From Escherichia phage vB_ecoS_OzMSK, in sequence record PQ659294.1: 45,053 nt of DNA, one strand, 5' to 3'. The position numbers and the translations under genes were made by a program. This document shows positions 25,791 to 34,956 of the stretch, piece by piece. The notes below the pieces were generated by a model. That model searched no databases. It saw nothing but the letters and a program-made list of their open reading frames with translations, and was not told the DNA's origin. Numbering within the stretch: position 1 is the stretch's first letter; each line of letters begins with the position of its first letter.

Positions 25791-25835
25791 ATAATACAGC
25801 CGCCGCTGCGGAATGTCTTTAGCTATTCGTGCTAT
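25791..25835 (-). promoter_or_regulatory. class-A promoter-like cassette upstream of the methylase operon
   Basis: Minus-strand AATAGCACGAATAGCTAAA then TATTATTACC and a conserved leader. Confidence 0.5.
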
Positions 25836-25839
25836 TGTA

Positions 25840-26150
25840 TACGCGTAATCGATGTAACTCGATGTATACAATTTCATCCGCGGAAAATGGTATACGCGCT
25901 GTTACGCCAATTTACGCATTAGTTACATTGAAATATCTATATATATCAACCTTTTACTCTTATTATTATTATTATACATATTACTGTGTATATCATGTAA
26001 CTACTTCTATAGAGCGTTCCGGTTATAATTTTAATATCATGTGGATTTATACAGTATTGCGTGGCAGCTATACTAATGCACCCCCTGCAAGAAACGGTAT
26101 ACACGATATACACGATGGTTACATTTAGCTATAGCTGGGATGAGATGCCA
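25840..26150. repeat. AT-rich repeat region with palindromes (TACGCGTA, GTATAC) and (TTA)n; diverged copy of window region ~120..460
   Basis: Shared blocks ACGCA(A/T)TGGTTACAT...ATATCTATATATATCAACC...TTATTATTATTAT and GGTTACATT(G/T)AGCTATA(T/G)CTGGG in both regions. Confidence 0.6.
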
Positions 26151-26297
26151 TTTTACGTAACAAGTGGCAATGCCTACACGGAATTACAATGATTCGCACG
26201 TAAACTTAAATCAACGATTGGCAAAACCAATTGGACTGGTTACCGTGCTGAATATATAGTTAACCCATCTAAAGCAAACAACCAGAGAGATACAGAA

Positions 26298-26492
26298 ATG
26301 ACCCACTACATTATCAAAGAGAAAAACAACGCACTGTTCGGTGATTGCTACTTTGGTGGCCCTGCTGGATACACCACAGATAAGAGTGAAGCTGACAGAT
26401 TCGAGACTAAAGAAGAAGCCCGAGATGTGCTGACTGGCTACTTCACCGAGGAAGACCTCAAGTCTGTTAAAGTAGTTAAGGTTAAGGAATAG
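26298..26492 (+). CDS. hypothetical protein (64 aa)
   Basis: ORF with AGAGAGA RBS-like sequence. Confidence 0.45.
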   Translation: MTHYIIKEKNNALFGDCYFGGPAGYTTDKSEADRFETKEEARDVLTGYFTEEDLKSVKVVKVKE

Positions 26493-26495
26493 GAT

Positions 26496-27461
26496 ATGAG
26501 CTTTAAAGTTTTTACGAGAAATGAGCTAAGCAACGAGGCTTACCACTCTGAGACTGATCACATCTCAGGATCCTCACTTGTCGAGATTATTCAGGGTTCA
26601 CCAGCCAAGTGGAAATTCAAGCAGCGCAATAGCGATAGCAAGGCTCTTAAGTTTGGCACCCTAAGCCACACGATGATTTTAGAGCAAGATGTATTTGATA
26701 AAGAATACCTTCGAGCTACAGACCTTGACGCGATTGAAGGATTAATTACAAGCCAGGCTGGACTGTCGGCAGCACTTAAAAAAAATGGCGTGGCTGGCAC
26801 GTCCGGGAAGGGCTGTAGCGAGCTCGTGGAGATGATGTACAGCTCTGGCGAGGATTGGCCTGTTAAATGGCTAATTGAGCAGCAGGAGAGCGCTCAAGCG
26901 CTTGTGGAGGGTAAGGAGCTAGTTAGTGCCGCTGACTACGATAAAGTTGTGGCTATGCGTGAGGTTCTTTGCAATATACCGGCATATAATGCAATCGTGA
27001 ATAGTGAGACAGCACAAAAAGAGCTATCAATATTCGGTGAGATTCTTGGTGTCGGCGTGAAGATTCGAATTGACCACGTTGACGTTGTTGATGGGGTGGT
27101 AATGATCAACGATTATAAAACTACCGCAGACGCAAGCCCGGAAGGGTTTGGTAAATCGGCATTCTCGCACGGATATCTTGCAAAAATGGCATTGCAGCGA
27201 GATCTGTTTGTGAAGGCATTTAACGAGAAGCGCAAGGTTGTTGTGGGATTACTGGCACAGGAGAAGGTAGAGCCATACTTGCCAATGCGATACACGCTAA
27301 CAGATGAACAGCTACGAATCGGTAGATTGCAGTATCTTGAGGCGCTTGCCACTTACAAGAAGTGCAAGGAGCTTGATATCTGGCCTGGCTACTCAAATGG
27401 CATTACAGAGCAAGAGCTATTGGTTCCTGAGTGGGCATTAAAACAATACAAAGAAATCTAA
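26496..27461 (+). CDS. PD-(D/E)XK-type exonuclease (putative recombination exonuclease)
   Basis: 321 aa; candidate nuclease motif D..INDYK (RIDHVDVVDGVVMINDYKT); immediately upstream of Erf-like and SSB genes. Confidence 0.5.
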   Translation: MSFKVFTRNELSNEAYHSETDHISGSSLVEIIQGSPAKWKFKQRNSDSKALKFGTLSHTMILEQDVFDKEYLRATDLDAIEGLITSQAGLSAALKKNGVAGTSGKGCSELVEMMYSSGEDWPVKWLIEQQESAQALVEGKELVSAADYDKVVAMREVLCNIPAYNAIVNSETAQKELSIFGEILGVGVKIRIDHVDVVDGVVMINDYKTTADASPEGFGKSAFSHGYLAKMALQRDLFVKAFNEKRKVVVGLLAQEKVEPYLPMRYTLTDEQLRIGRLQYLEALATYKKCKELDIWPGYSNGITEQELLVPEWALKQYKEI

Positions 27462-27505
27462 ATAGCACTAATTGCTAAAAACAAAATTGAAAGATTGGGT
27501 ATGAT
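27460..27505 (+). promoter_or_regulatory. class-A promoter-like cassette (AAATAGCACTAATTGCTAAA, then TATGAT)
   Basis: Motif overlaps the upstream stop codon; -10-like hexamer at the conserved spacing. Confidence 0.5.
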
Positions 27506-27536
27506 TACCACATCAACAACGAACGAGGTTAATCTA

Positions 27537-27686
27537 ATGAAAGTCTACATTGTAACGTCACACGATCAATATGATTACGATACAGAAATTGTGTCCGCAT
27601 TCCTTAGTGAAGAACTAGCAAGTGCATTTATTGACAAGTCAATCTTGCCATGCCTAATGATTGAAGAAGTGGAGGTATCTGAGTAA
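27537..27686 (+). CDS. hypothetical protein (49 aa; the track 27495 start lies in the -10 element)
   Basis: ATG 27537 with GAGG RBS at the conserved leader position. Confidence 0.4.
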   Translation: MKVYIVTSHDQYDYDTEIVSAFLSEELASAFIDKSILPCLMIEEVEVSE

Positions 27687-28336
27687 TGCAAATTTCAGAG
27701 TCATGCAAATCAATTTTAAACGCGCTGCACACTGCTAAATCGCTATTCGCAAAGGCTGAAAAGTCTAAGCAGAACTCACACCTTAAGAATAAATACGCTA
27801 CCCTAGAAGACGTTTTGGCGGCCGTTGAGCCTGGACTTGATGAGTGCGGATTGGTGATGTTCCAGAGTGTGCTTGATGATGAACAAACTAATCGCATGAA
27901 GGTTGAGACAAAGCTATTTCACGCAGAGTCAGGAGAATGGGTTAGCTTCTTGATGATTGTACCAATCAGTAAGAATGATGCGCAAGGTTACGGCTCAGCT
28001 TTAACATACGCTCGACGCTACGGAATCACGGCAGCTTTAGGTCTTAGCCAGGCGGATGATGATGGTAATCTAGCAGCTAAAGGTGTTAAAGACTTTAAGA
28101 GAGAACTCGAGAAATGCAATAATCTAGATGAGCTTCGTAATGTATGGAAAGAAGCCAAGCAATCACTTGATGCGGCAGGATGGAAGGTTTTTGAGCCTCA
28201 CATTATCGAGAGAAAAGCAGAAATCGAAGCAAATGCGATGACTGGCTTTAACCCAGCAACACCAAAGAAAGTTGCAGAAAAAAGTAGTCCTGAAGAAAAG
28301 ATTAAAGTAGAATCACAACAAATCGACACGTTCTAA
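27686..28336 (+). CDS. Erf-like single-strand annealing protein (putative)
   Basis: 216 aa; sequence GYGSALTYARRYG resembles ERF-family annealing proteins; sits between exonuclease and SSB. Confidence 0.5.
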   Translation: MQISESCKSILNALHTAKSLFAKAEKSKQNSHLKNKYATLEDVLAAVEPGLDECGLVMFQSVLDDEQTNRMKVETKLFHAESGEWVSFLMIVPISKNDAQGYGSALTYARRYGITAALGLSQADDDGNLAAKGVKDFKRELEKCNNLDELRNVWKEAKQSLDAAGWKVFEPHIIERKAEIEANAMTGFNPATPKKVAEKSSPEEKIKVESQQIDTF

Positions 28337-28377
28337 ATTTAACGGGGCTTCGGCCCCAACAATAGAGAGATAAAAAC

Positions 28378-28812
28378 ATGCACGTAATTACCGGTCAGAT
28401 TCGCCGCGCTCCGTTCACCAAAGAAGGTCAAAACGCCAATGGTAACTGGAAGATGTTTGCGGTTGATTTGAGTGAGAGATACAAGGATAAAGATGGTCAA
28501 ACTCAGTACACAAACTACCGCGCAGTACTTTTCGCCAAAGAGTCGATGCTGGATTGGTATAACGAAGCATTTCAGGAAGGTAAAGTTGTCAGCCTAAGCG
28601 CCGAGAGTTTGTCGGTTGATGTTCGCGATAAAGATGGCAAGACTTACGTTACAGTTAATATGAATAATCCTCGACTGGAATTTAGTCAGCGAGGTGATTC
28701 AGCGACACAACAGCAGATGCAAAACCAACAGCGTCAGCAACAGAAGCAGCAGCAACAACAGCGACAACAGCCACAACAGCAAAGTCAATTTGACGACGAC
28801 ATTCCTTTTTGA
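28378..28812 (+). CDS. ssb: single-stranded DNA-binding protein
   Basis: OB-fold-like N-terminal region, Gln-rich linker and acidic C-terminal tip DDDIPF typical of bacterial-type SSBs. Confidence 0.8.
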   Translation: MHVITGQIRRAPFTKEGQNANGNWKMFAVDLSERYKDKDGQTQYTNYRAVLFAKESMLDWYNEAFQEGKVVSLSAESLSVDVRDKDGKTYVTVNMNNPRLEFSQRGDSATQQQMQNQQRQQQKQQQQQRQQPQQQSQFDDDIPF

Positions 28813-28823
28813 TGTAAAATATA

Positions 28824-28846
28824 AAGCCCCTTTCGGGGCTTTTTTA
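28824..28846. terminator. bidirectional terminator (AAAGCCCCTTTCGGGGCTTTTTT)
   Basis: GC hairpin flanked by A-run and T-run, between convergent ssb and tail fibre genes. Confidence 0.7.
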
Positions 28847-28847
28847 T

Positions 28848-31298
28848 TTAATAAATATTTACATCTGGAGAAATTCCAACGCAAGTCCAGCGCGAGAACT
28901 TGGCATCATAAACGAATGACATTCCAATTTGTCTCCCCTCAGATGGAGTTGTGAATGAGCCAACTCTAAACTTATTGCTAAATGAAACGGATGGACGCCG
29001 GCCGCCTGAAAGGTTGTAAATTATGAAGTCTATCCTCTGTGCATCTCTTGCGTTATCCTGAACATCAATAACTACAGGACTTGAATCAATTACAACGGTT
29101 GCAAGACTTGTTCTTAGTGGGTTAAATAGAATACTACCACCAGATAGCTGAACCCTTTTTTGAACGGGGTTAGAAGAATCCGTGTACAACCCTGTGTTTA
29201 TATTATACAAAGCCTCCCATGAATTCAGTTTTGAGTCATCAATCACTGTTGCATGCTGCCCAAATAGTATAGTCCCTTCTACATGGTTTCCTGAAGCTCC
29301 ATTATAAAAATCAAAACCAGAAGCTGATCCACCAACAAACCTATTAGCTCTAGCTCCGTTAACTTGAATTGATGGAGACTGAAAACCTGACTTCAGGCCA
29401 TTGAACAAGTTTCCTGTCGCCGTCTTCCTAAGAACGACGTCACCACCAGAGTTGACCTCAAGGTCGCAACCAATAACAGTGTTAGTTACTGCTGTTATGC
29501 CTAGGTCTGACTCATGACCGAAAGAAAACCCATACTTATTTCCCTCGCTGGTTCCACCAATAAATGTCGTATTACTGCAGAATGTAGCCTCAATTCCTGA
29601 TTCTGTTACATGCTCGCAAGTTGGGTTAATAAAAAGATCTGCAGATGTGCCGCGGAAGTTCACAGCGCCAGCCTCTGCGTCAATTAATATGCCGTACGTA
29701 GGCGTCGTTGTGAAGGTCTCAACGTTACCAGAGCACACAAAGTTATTATGCACGCATAGCTGAGTCCACCAGCAGTGTAAACCAGCCCTTCTAATGTTCG
29801 TAGCCATTAGGTTGTCAAAGCATGATGATATGACACCCCTTAATGAAAAGCCATCACTAGCATACCCATTCCCATCGACAATGATGTTGCTCATATATGA
29901 GTTGTATGCCCAATAATCTAGGTTTACATCCCTATGATCCATTTGGATGACGTAATCATGAGGTCCGCTAGTTAGTGAGATTCTTGCGCCTTTCTCACCG
30001 ATAATTGTTGCTGGCCTCAGAAAGTTTAATGGCTGAGATGTAAGATAATTACCTTTAGGAATATGTATAGCAATAGCGTTGTTTCTAGATGCCTCAACAG
30101 CGGCAAGCAATGCCTGAGTATCATCTGTTACACCATCACCAACAGCGCCAAAGTCCTTCTTAATATCGACATGAGTAAGTAAAGCGTTTACCTCTGGCTT
30201 TGAGTAAACATCAAGATTTGTTCTTGCTGCTGACTTATTTGCAACATCAGAGAAATTCAATGATTTTTGAAAAGTCTCATTTTTTGAATAAACATCAAGA
30301 TTTGTTCTTGCTTCTGACTTATTTGCAACATCAGAGAAATTCAATGATTTTTGAAAAGTCTCATTTTTTGAATAAACATCAAGTAAGTTTCTAGCCCTCG
30401 ATGCCGTAGCTCCACCTCCGGACTTGCCAGCCTCAACCATCACCATTTCCCTACCTGGTGCATAAACCCTGCTTCCGGGCGCTCCCACAAACTGAATGTA
30501 AATCTCCCTGCTATACTGGTTGCTTGTTGAAGATTGGCCTACAACTCGCAAGGAGTGCGTGGTTGTATTGCTTGACTTTGATATTACCTGAATGCATAAA
30601 GCAGCAATTGATGTTCCAAATGTTGAGATTATGTCATTTGGAGCATTTATCATTGATGAAACGTTAACCATATAAAGGCCACCGGATTTAAAAACAAATT
30701 CCTGCCAATCAAAATTGCTTATCAATGGCGTAGTGTCTGTCGCCAATCCATATCCGGCAAGAGTTACCAACGTTCCGGCATCCCCGGCGTTATTAATTGC
30801 TTTAATCGTCTGATCTCTTGCTGCAGTGGTCGTGTCTCTTGCACTAATAGCAGTAGCGGCGCTCTCTTCGGCAGCAATCTGGCTAGCAAGAGCCTCAGCA
30901 GCTCCAGTGGTGGATTGTTTTGCAAGCTGCTCGAAGAGAGGCCAGTCGAAAGTGTCTTGACCAATAAATTGCAACAATCCTTCGATTGATGTCTCCTTTG
31001 ACTGGTAGTAACGCAAAGTCTCTGCTACATCCTGAGCCAACCCCTGAACGGTAATTCCATCGTGCGCAAGAATTGCATAACCAGTTCCGGAAGGAACAGT
31101 TTCAGAGTTAGGGTTGTAAACATTAATCTGAGTATCGCTGATGATTTCAGAGATGGTATAAATCTTCAGGGGGCTGGTTTTAAAAATAATGGTTGCACCT
31201 ACGCGAATAAGTGTAAGCGGTGCTTTCCATGTTGTACCCACGCCAGTTACCTCGCCATTTGCGGCCAGCGACGCTGTTCCTAAGTCATAAATTGCCAT
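28848..31298 (-). CDS. lateral tail fibre / tailspike with right-handed beta-helix (pectate-lyase-like) domain
   Basis: 816 aa from ATG 31298 (GGAG RBS); motif DIKKDFGAVGDGVTDDTQAL typical of pectate-lyase-type tailspikes; internal 28-aa tandem repeats. Confidence 0.75.
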   Translation of the reverse strand: MAIYDLGTASLAANGEVTGVGTTWKAPLTLIRVGATIIFKTSPLKIYTISEIISDTQINVYNPNSETVPSGTGYAILAHDGITVQGLAQDVAETLRYYQSKETSIEGLLQFIGQDTFDWPLFEQLAKQSTTGAAEALASQIAAEESAATAISARDTTTAARDQTIKAINNAGDAGTLVTLAGYGLATDTTPLISNFDWQEFVFKSGGLYMVNVSSMINAPNDIISTFGTSIAALCIQVISKSSNTTTHSLRVVGQSSTSNQYSREIYIQFVGAPGSRVYAPGREMVMVEAGKSGGGATASRARNLLDVYSKNETFQKSLNFSDVANKSEARTNLDVYSKNETFQKSLNFSDVANKSAARTNLDVYSKPEVNALLTHVDIKKDFGAVGDGVTDDTQALLAAVEASRNNAIAIHIPKGNYLTSQPLNFLRPATIIGEKGARISLTSGPHDYVIQMDHRDVNLDYWAYNSYMSNIIVDGNGYASDGFSLRGVISSCFDNLMATNIRRAGLHCWWTQLCVHNNFVCSGNVETFTTTPTYGILIDAEAGAVNFRGTSADLFINPTCEHVTESGIEATFCSNTTFIGGTSEGNKYGFSFGHESDLGITAVTNTVIGCDLEVNSGGDVVLRKTATGNLFNGLKSGFQSPSIQVNGARANRFVGGSASGFDFYNGASGNHVEGTILFGQHATVIDDSKLNSWEALYNINTGLYTDSSNPVQKRVQLSGGSILFNPLRTSLATVVIDSSPVVIDVQDNARDAQRIDFIIYNLSGGRRPSVSFSNKFRVGSFTTPSEGRQIGMSFVYDAKFSRWTCVGISPDVNIY
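30199..30385. repeat. 84-bp direct tandem repeat (two copies plus a partial third) inside the tail fibre gene
   Basis: AAACATCAAG recurs at 30206, 30290 and 30374; copies differ at about one position; encodes ARTNLDVYSKNETFQKSLNFSDVANKSE twice. Confidence 0.85.
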
Positions 31299-31318
31299 TG
31301 TGTAAATTCTCCATTTGT

Positions 31319-31338
31319 AAAATAGCACGAATTGCTAA
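31319..31338 (+). promoter_or_regulatory. class-A motif copy in plus orientation, 21 nt upstream of the minus-strand tail fibre start
   Basis: AAATAGCACGAATTGCTAAG; the only copy oriented against the adjacent downstream gene. Confidence 0.4.
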
Positions 31339-31363
31339 GTTGGATTGTAGCATCTTTCAGGCA

Positions 31364-31386
31364 TAAAAAAACCTCCCAAAGGAGGT
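31364..31386 (-). terminator. rho-independent terminator for the primase transcript
   Basis: Minus strand reads AACCTCCTTTGGGAGGTTTTTTT. Confidence 0.65.
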
Positions 31387-32312
31387 TAGTCTATTAATTC
31401 GCTTGCTTTGTATATTCGCTTTCTTATGCCAGACTTGAAAAAATTATCATCATTTGGCATTACAACATCAAGATTGCGATCATCAGCAACGGCAAGTAAA
31501 TCAAAAGAGTGGCGAGTACAAGCGACGCGTAACTTGTAGTTTCTAAGCGCATAAGCAACCATTTCCATGTTGTAGCTGGAGTGGCAAACAAGCACGCAGC
31601 GGTTGCCACTAGCAAGATGAACGCGAACACCATCAATCCAATTATCGACCAGATAAGCGTACTCACTATCCTTAAAGGCACCAATAACAGCCACAGATTG
31701 GCGAGTATAATCTTTTGCAGCATAACTAACATCTCCCTCTTCATTTATAAAAATTACATTGCACATCTCATCTGACACGCCGTCACTATAAGCCATAAAG
31801 CACGGCACTGCGTGTATTAGTTCACCAGATTTAGCCCTACCAACATCAAAGCCGAACTCGCTATAGATACCCTCGTATATACTGAGTGGAGTTGATTCTA
31901 CTCTTTCCGTCCTTCCCATTATCTCTAAGCATCTTTCGTGGTCAATCTGAGCGCCCATTTTGTATGGTGATGTTCTTGAAGCTCTTTTGTTTGCTTTTGA
32001 TATAACCTCTACTGGAACTAGATTCAGCCAATCACCAAGCGTATCTATTGTTTCACTATAACTCATTCCGGAACACTTCATTACCCAACCAACACCAGAA
32101 TCATTTCCGCACTGGTTGCATATTGCTGCGCCATTTCCCTTTTCCTGACCTAACTCATCAGTGAAGCGAAACCTATCCCTTCCAAAGCAGTAAGGGCACG
32201 GACCATGTTTCTTGCTGAGATTCTCCTTTGTCCATCCAAGGTGCGATGAGTAGAAATCACTCCACATTCCCTTCATTTTTGCTATCACTTCGTTCTTATC
32301 ATGGTGACTCAT
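31386..32312 (-). CDS. DNA primase (zinc-binding)
   Basis: Cys-rich N-terminal segment CPYC...CNQC (GPCPYCFGRDRF...AICNQCGN); ATG 32312 with GGAGG RBS. Confidence 0.65.
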   Translation of the reverse strand: MSHHDKNEVIAKMKGMWSDFYSSHLGWTKENLSKKHGPCPYCFGRDRFRFTDELGQEKGNGAAICNQCGNDSGVGWVMKCSGMSYSETIDTLGDWLNLVPVEVISKANKRASRTSPYKMGAQIDHERCLEIMGRTERVESTPLSIYEGIYSEFGFDVGRAKSGELIHAVPCFMAYSDGVSDEMCNVIFINEEGDVSYAAKDYTRQSVAVIGAFKDSEYAYLVDNWIDGVRVHLASGNRCVLVCHSSYNMEMVAYALRNYKLRVACTRHSFDLLAVADDRNLDVVMPNDDNFFKSGIRKRIYKASELID

Positions 32313-32337
32313 AGTTACCTCCATAAACAATAAATGC

Positions 32338-32383
32338 ACTATACACAATGTATAGCGCCACTGTTTATCAATTCGTGCTATTT
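32338..32383 (-). promoter_or_regulatory. class-A promoter-like cassette upstream of primase
   Basis: Minus-strand AAATAGCACGAATTGATAAA then TATAGT; motif overlaps the stop of the upstream gene. Confidence 0.5.
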
Positions 32384-32860
32384 CCCTTGCTCTTTAGCTT
32401 TTCGCGCTGCCTCGTTAGCGGCCTTAATCTTGCGCCATGATCGACACTCTGTCTTGGTGGCTAATTCAGCCTCAGTAACAACACGCAGCATGTGACGCTT
32501 TTTGCAACGAAGAGTTAGCGGCTTCCCGTTACCGTCGAATTGCAAATCTGGTCGGCAGAATGTGGCGCGAAAACCTTCTCCATTTCGCTTGTAGTAGTTG
32601 TGCGACAGCTGGGCGCCACGTGCCGATATCATGCCGCGCTTAAACCATTGTTCTACAGCCTGTGGTGTTACCTTTAACTGCTTTGCGATATTCGCCTTTG
32701 TGCCGAAGAAATCAAGAACTATCTCCAGGCGTGCCCGTAACCCTGCTCTTACTTCATCCTTTAAAACGTAGTAACCTGAAGGTCGTTTACGTTGCTTTTT
32801 GTCTTCAGTGCGGATAGTTCCGTTGTTGCCGTTAATGGTTCTCTTGTCGACTGTATTCAT
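32378..32860 (-). CDS. putative DNA-binding protein (160 aa, basic, HTH-like segment)
   Basis: Highly basic; segment IAKQLKVTPQAVEQWFKRG resembles a helix-turn-helix. Confidence 0.4.
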   Translation of the reverse strand: MNTVDKRTINGNNGTIRTEDKKQRKRPSGYYVLKDEVRAGLRARLEIVLDFFGTKANIAKQLKVTPQAVEQWFKRGMISARGAQLSHNYYKRNGEGFRATFCRPDLQFDGNGKPLTLRCKKRHMLRVVTEAELATKTECRSWRKIKAANEAARKAKEQGK

Positions 32861-32961
32861 CTTATTACCTCAATAGCATTTTTTGTTAAAAGTAATTCTG
32901 ATTTGATGTTAGTATTGTACTTAATTGAACGCTACAAGACAATTTTTATAGGAGTTTAGAT

Positions 32962-34956
32962 ATGTTGCCTATCGAGAAGCTGGTTGCAAACTTCGATAAA
33001 GAAAGAATCAAGCAGATTCAGAAAGATTACCAGTTTGGCGAGATAACCCCTTACGAATTCCAGTGCGTTACATTTGACGTAATTGGGAAGGCTATTGGCA
33101 AGTACGAAGCGCCATTTATCGCAGACCTTTCCGTATCGGCTGGTAAGACAATCATTCTTGCTATGATTGGAAAGCGAATGGAGCAGCTTGGTCTTCCTTA
33201 TATGGTTCTCTCTCGCCAGTCAGAGATAATCAGCCAGAACTCAGAAGAGCTTCGTAATTTCGGGATCCGTAACAGCGTATATTGCGCTGGCCTTAACGTT
33301 AAATCAGTTTACTACCCAACCATAGTTGCTAGCGAAGGAACTGCGGCTAATGGCTTATTTAAGGGGCTTGGTGACTATGTTCCTGCCGTTATAGCTATAG
33401 ATGAATGTCACATGCTTGATACCATAGATATTGTGGAAGCCGAAGAGAATGAAGAAACATTTGAGCAAATGAGCACAAAGAAGGGCGAGATGGTTTTTAA
33501 GGATGGCGTTAATACTGGATTGCTTGGTACTGGTCGTGCGCAGTACACGCTAATAATCACTGAGATGAAGCGTCGCTGCCGTGAAAAATACGGGCGGGAG
33601 CTTCGTATATTCGGCCTTACTGGTAGCCCTTATCGAAACAATGACCATATCGTCGTCAGCAATCCAAACATCCGTGGGTTCTGGCGAAAAGCTGTGATTC
33701 ATGTTCCAACAAATTACCTTGTTGATTTGGGATTCGTGGTTCCTACTGTTTATGGCGAGGTTGGCGATTTAGGTTATGACCTTAGCGAGTTTGTTCCAGA
33801 CGGTAGTGATGGCGTGAAAGACTTTAGCAGAAAAGAAATGGATGCAATGGTCGCAAAGATTCACGACAACCAAACCATGACACAAAAGATAATGCAGTTT
33901 GTCGTCAAAATACTGGAGACTCGCAACGCCGCATTGGTCACCTGCGCCGGAAAACTCCATTGCAGCGAAGCGGCTTCCGCACTGCCTGACGGATACCCTT
34001 ACGCTATTATCACCGATTCTACCGGAGAGAGGAAGCGCAGAGAGATTCTTGCAGATTGCCAGACTGGAAAGTACAAGATTATCTTTCAGATTGGATGTCT
34101 AACCACGGGTGTAAACCAACCGCTGTGGGATACTAGCGTCATACTACGCAAGATTGGCAGTCTAACCTTAATGATTCAGCTTCTTGGTCGTGGCATGCGA
34201 AAACTAAAAAAGGCGCACATAGATGCTGGGTTCAAGAAGGAGGACCACTTGGTATTAGACTTTGCCGGAGCGCTTGATGACATGGCAGAGCTTTACTTTG
34301 ACCCGATAATTGAAGAGATTCAGGCTGAAAAGTTTAAAACATCAAGGAGGAGTGGTGATGAGGTTCGCCAGTGTCCGCAGTGTGGATATGATAACTCGCC
34401 ATTTGCTCGACGCTGTAGCAATAAGATTAATGGCGTTAGATGCGATCACTTTTTCCAGTTCACAACATGTGAGGATATTACCGACCAACAAACAAAGGCG
34501 GTAATCAAGAAAGGTTGTGGAACTAAAAATGACATAGCAGCAAAAGTTTGTCGTGAATGCGGAGAAATGCTTAAAGACCCAAACGCTAACCTGACTGGAA
34601 AGATGTATCGTCGCGGAGACTATTTGCGTGTTTATGACTTCCAGGTTGGATTAAGCAAAAATAAAACTGGTATAGTAGTTAAGTATAATATCATGGCGCA
34701 CAACGGAGAGAGGTTTAACGCGTGGGAGTTCTTTAACCCAGAATCAGACCATAGGGTTTGTAGTGTGCTTTGGAAAAACTTTTGCCTTGCTCACATTGAA
34801 AATCGCGCTGAAGCAGCACGGATTGGTAAAATTCGTAACGCAAAAATGATTATGATGAATGTAGATAAATTCCGTGCTCCAGTGCAAGTTACACACAGGA
34901 AGAACGGAAAGGGGAAGGATGTGATCGCATACAAGAATTTTGGAGAATTGAAATGA
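32962..34956 (+). CDS. SF2 helicase (DEAD/DEAH-like) with C-terminal Cys-rich zinc-ribbon region
   Basis: Walker A SVSAGKT, Walker B-like IDECHML, paired CxxC motifs (CPQCG, CRECG). Confidence 0.75.
   Translation: MLPIEKLVANFDKERIKQIQKDYQFGEITPYEFQCVTFDVIGKAIGKYEAPFIADLSVSAGKTIILAMIGKRMEQLGLPYMVLSRQSEIISQNSEELRNFGIRNSVYCAGLNVKSVYYPTIVASEGTAANGLFKGLGDYVPAVIAIDECHMLDTIDIVEAEENEETFEQMSTKKGEMVFKDGVNTGLLGTGRAQYTLIITEMKRRCREKYGRELRIFGLTGSPYRNNDHIVVSNPNIRGFWRKAVIHVPTNYLVDLGFVVPTVYGEVGDLGYDLSEFVPDGSDGVKDFSRKEMDAMVAKIHDNQTMTQKIMQFVVKILETRNAALVTCAGKLHCSEAASALPDGYPYAIITDSTGERKRREILADCQTGKYKIIFQIGCLTTGVNQPLWDTSVILRKIGSLTLMIQLLGRGMRKLKKAHIDAGFKKEDHLVLDFAGALDDMAELYFDPIIEEIQAEKFKTSRRSGDEVRQCPQCGYDNSPFARRCSNKINGVRCDHFFQFTTCEDITDQQTKAVIKKGCGTKNDIAAKVCRECGEMLKDPNANLTGKMYRRGDYLRVYDFQVGLSKNKTGIVVKYNIMAHNGERFNAWEFFNPESDHRVCSVLWKNFCLAHIENRAEAARIGKIRNAKMIMMNVDKFRAPVQVTHRKNGKGKDVIAYKNFGELK

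Noticed and set aside
31062-31283. Plus-strand ORFs inside the tail fibre gene (30200..30394, 30458..30667, 31062..31283)
   Set aside because: Antisense to the fibre gene; the 30200..30394 ORF is just the antisense translation of the 84-bp tandem repeat
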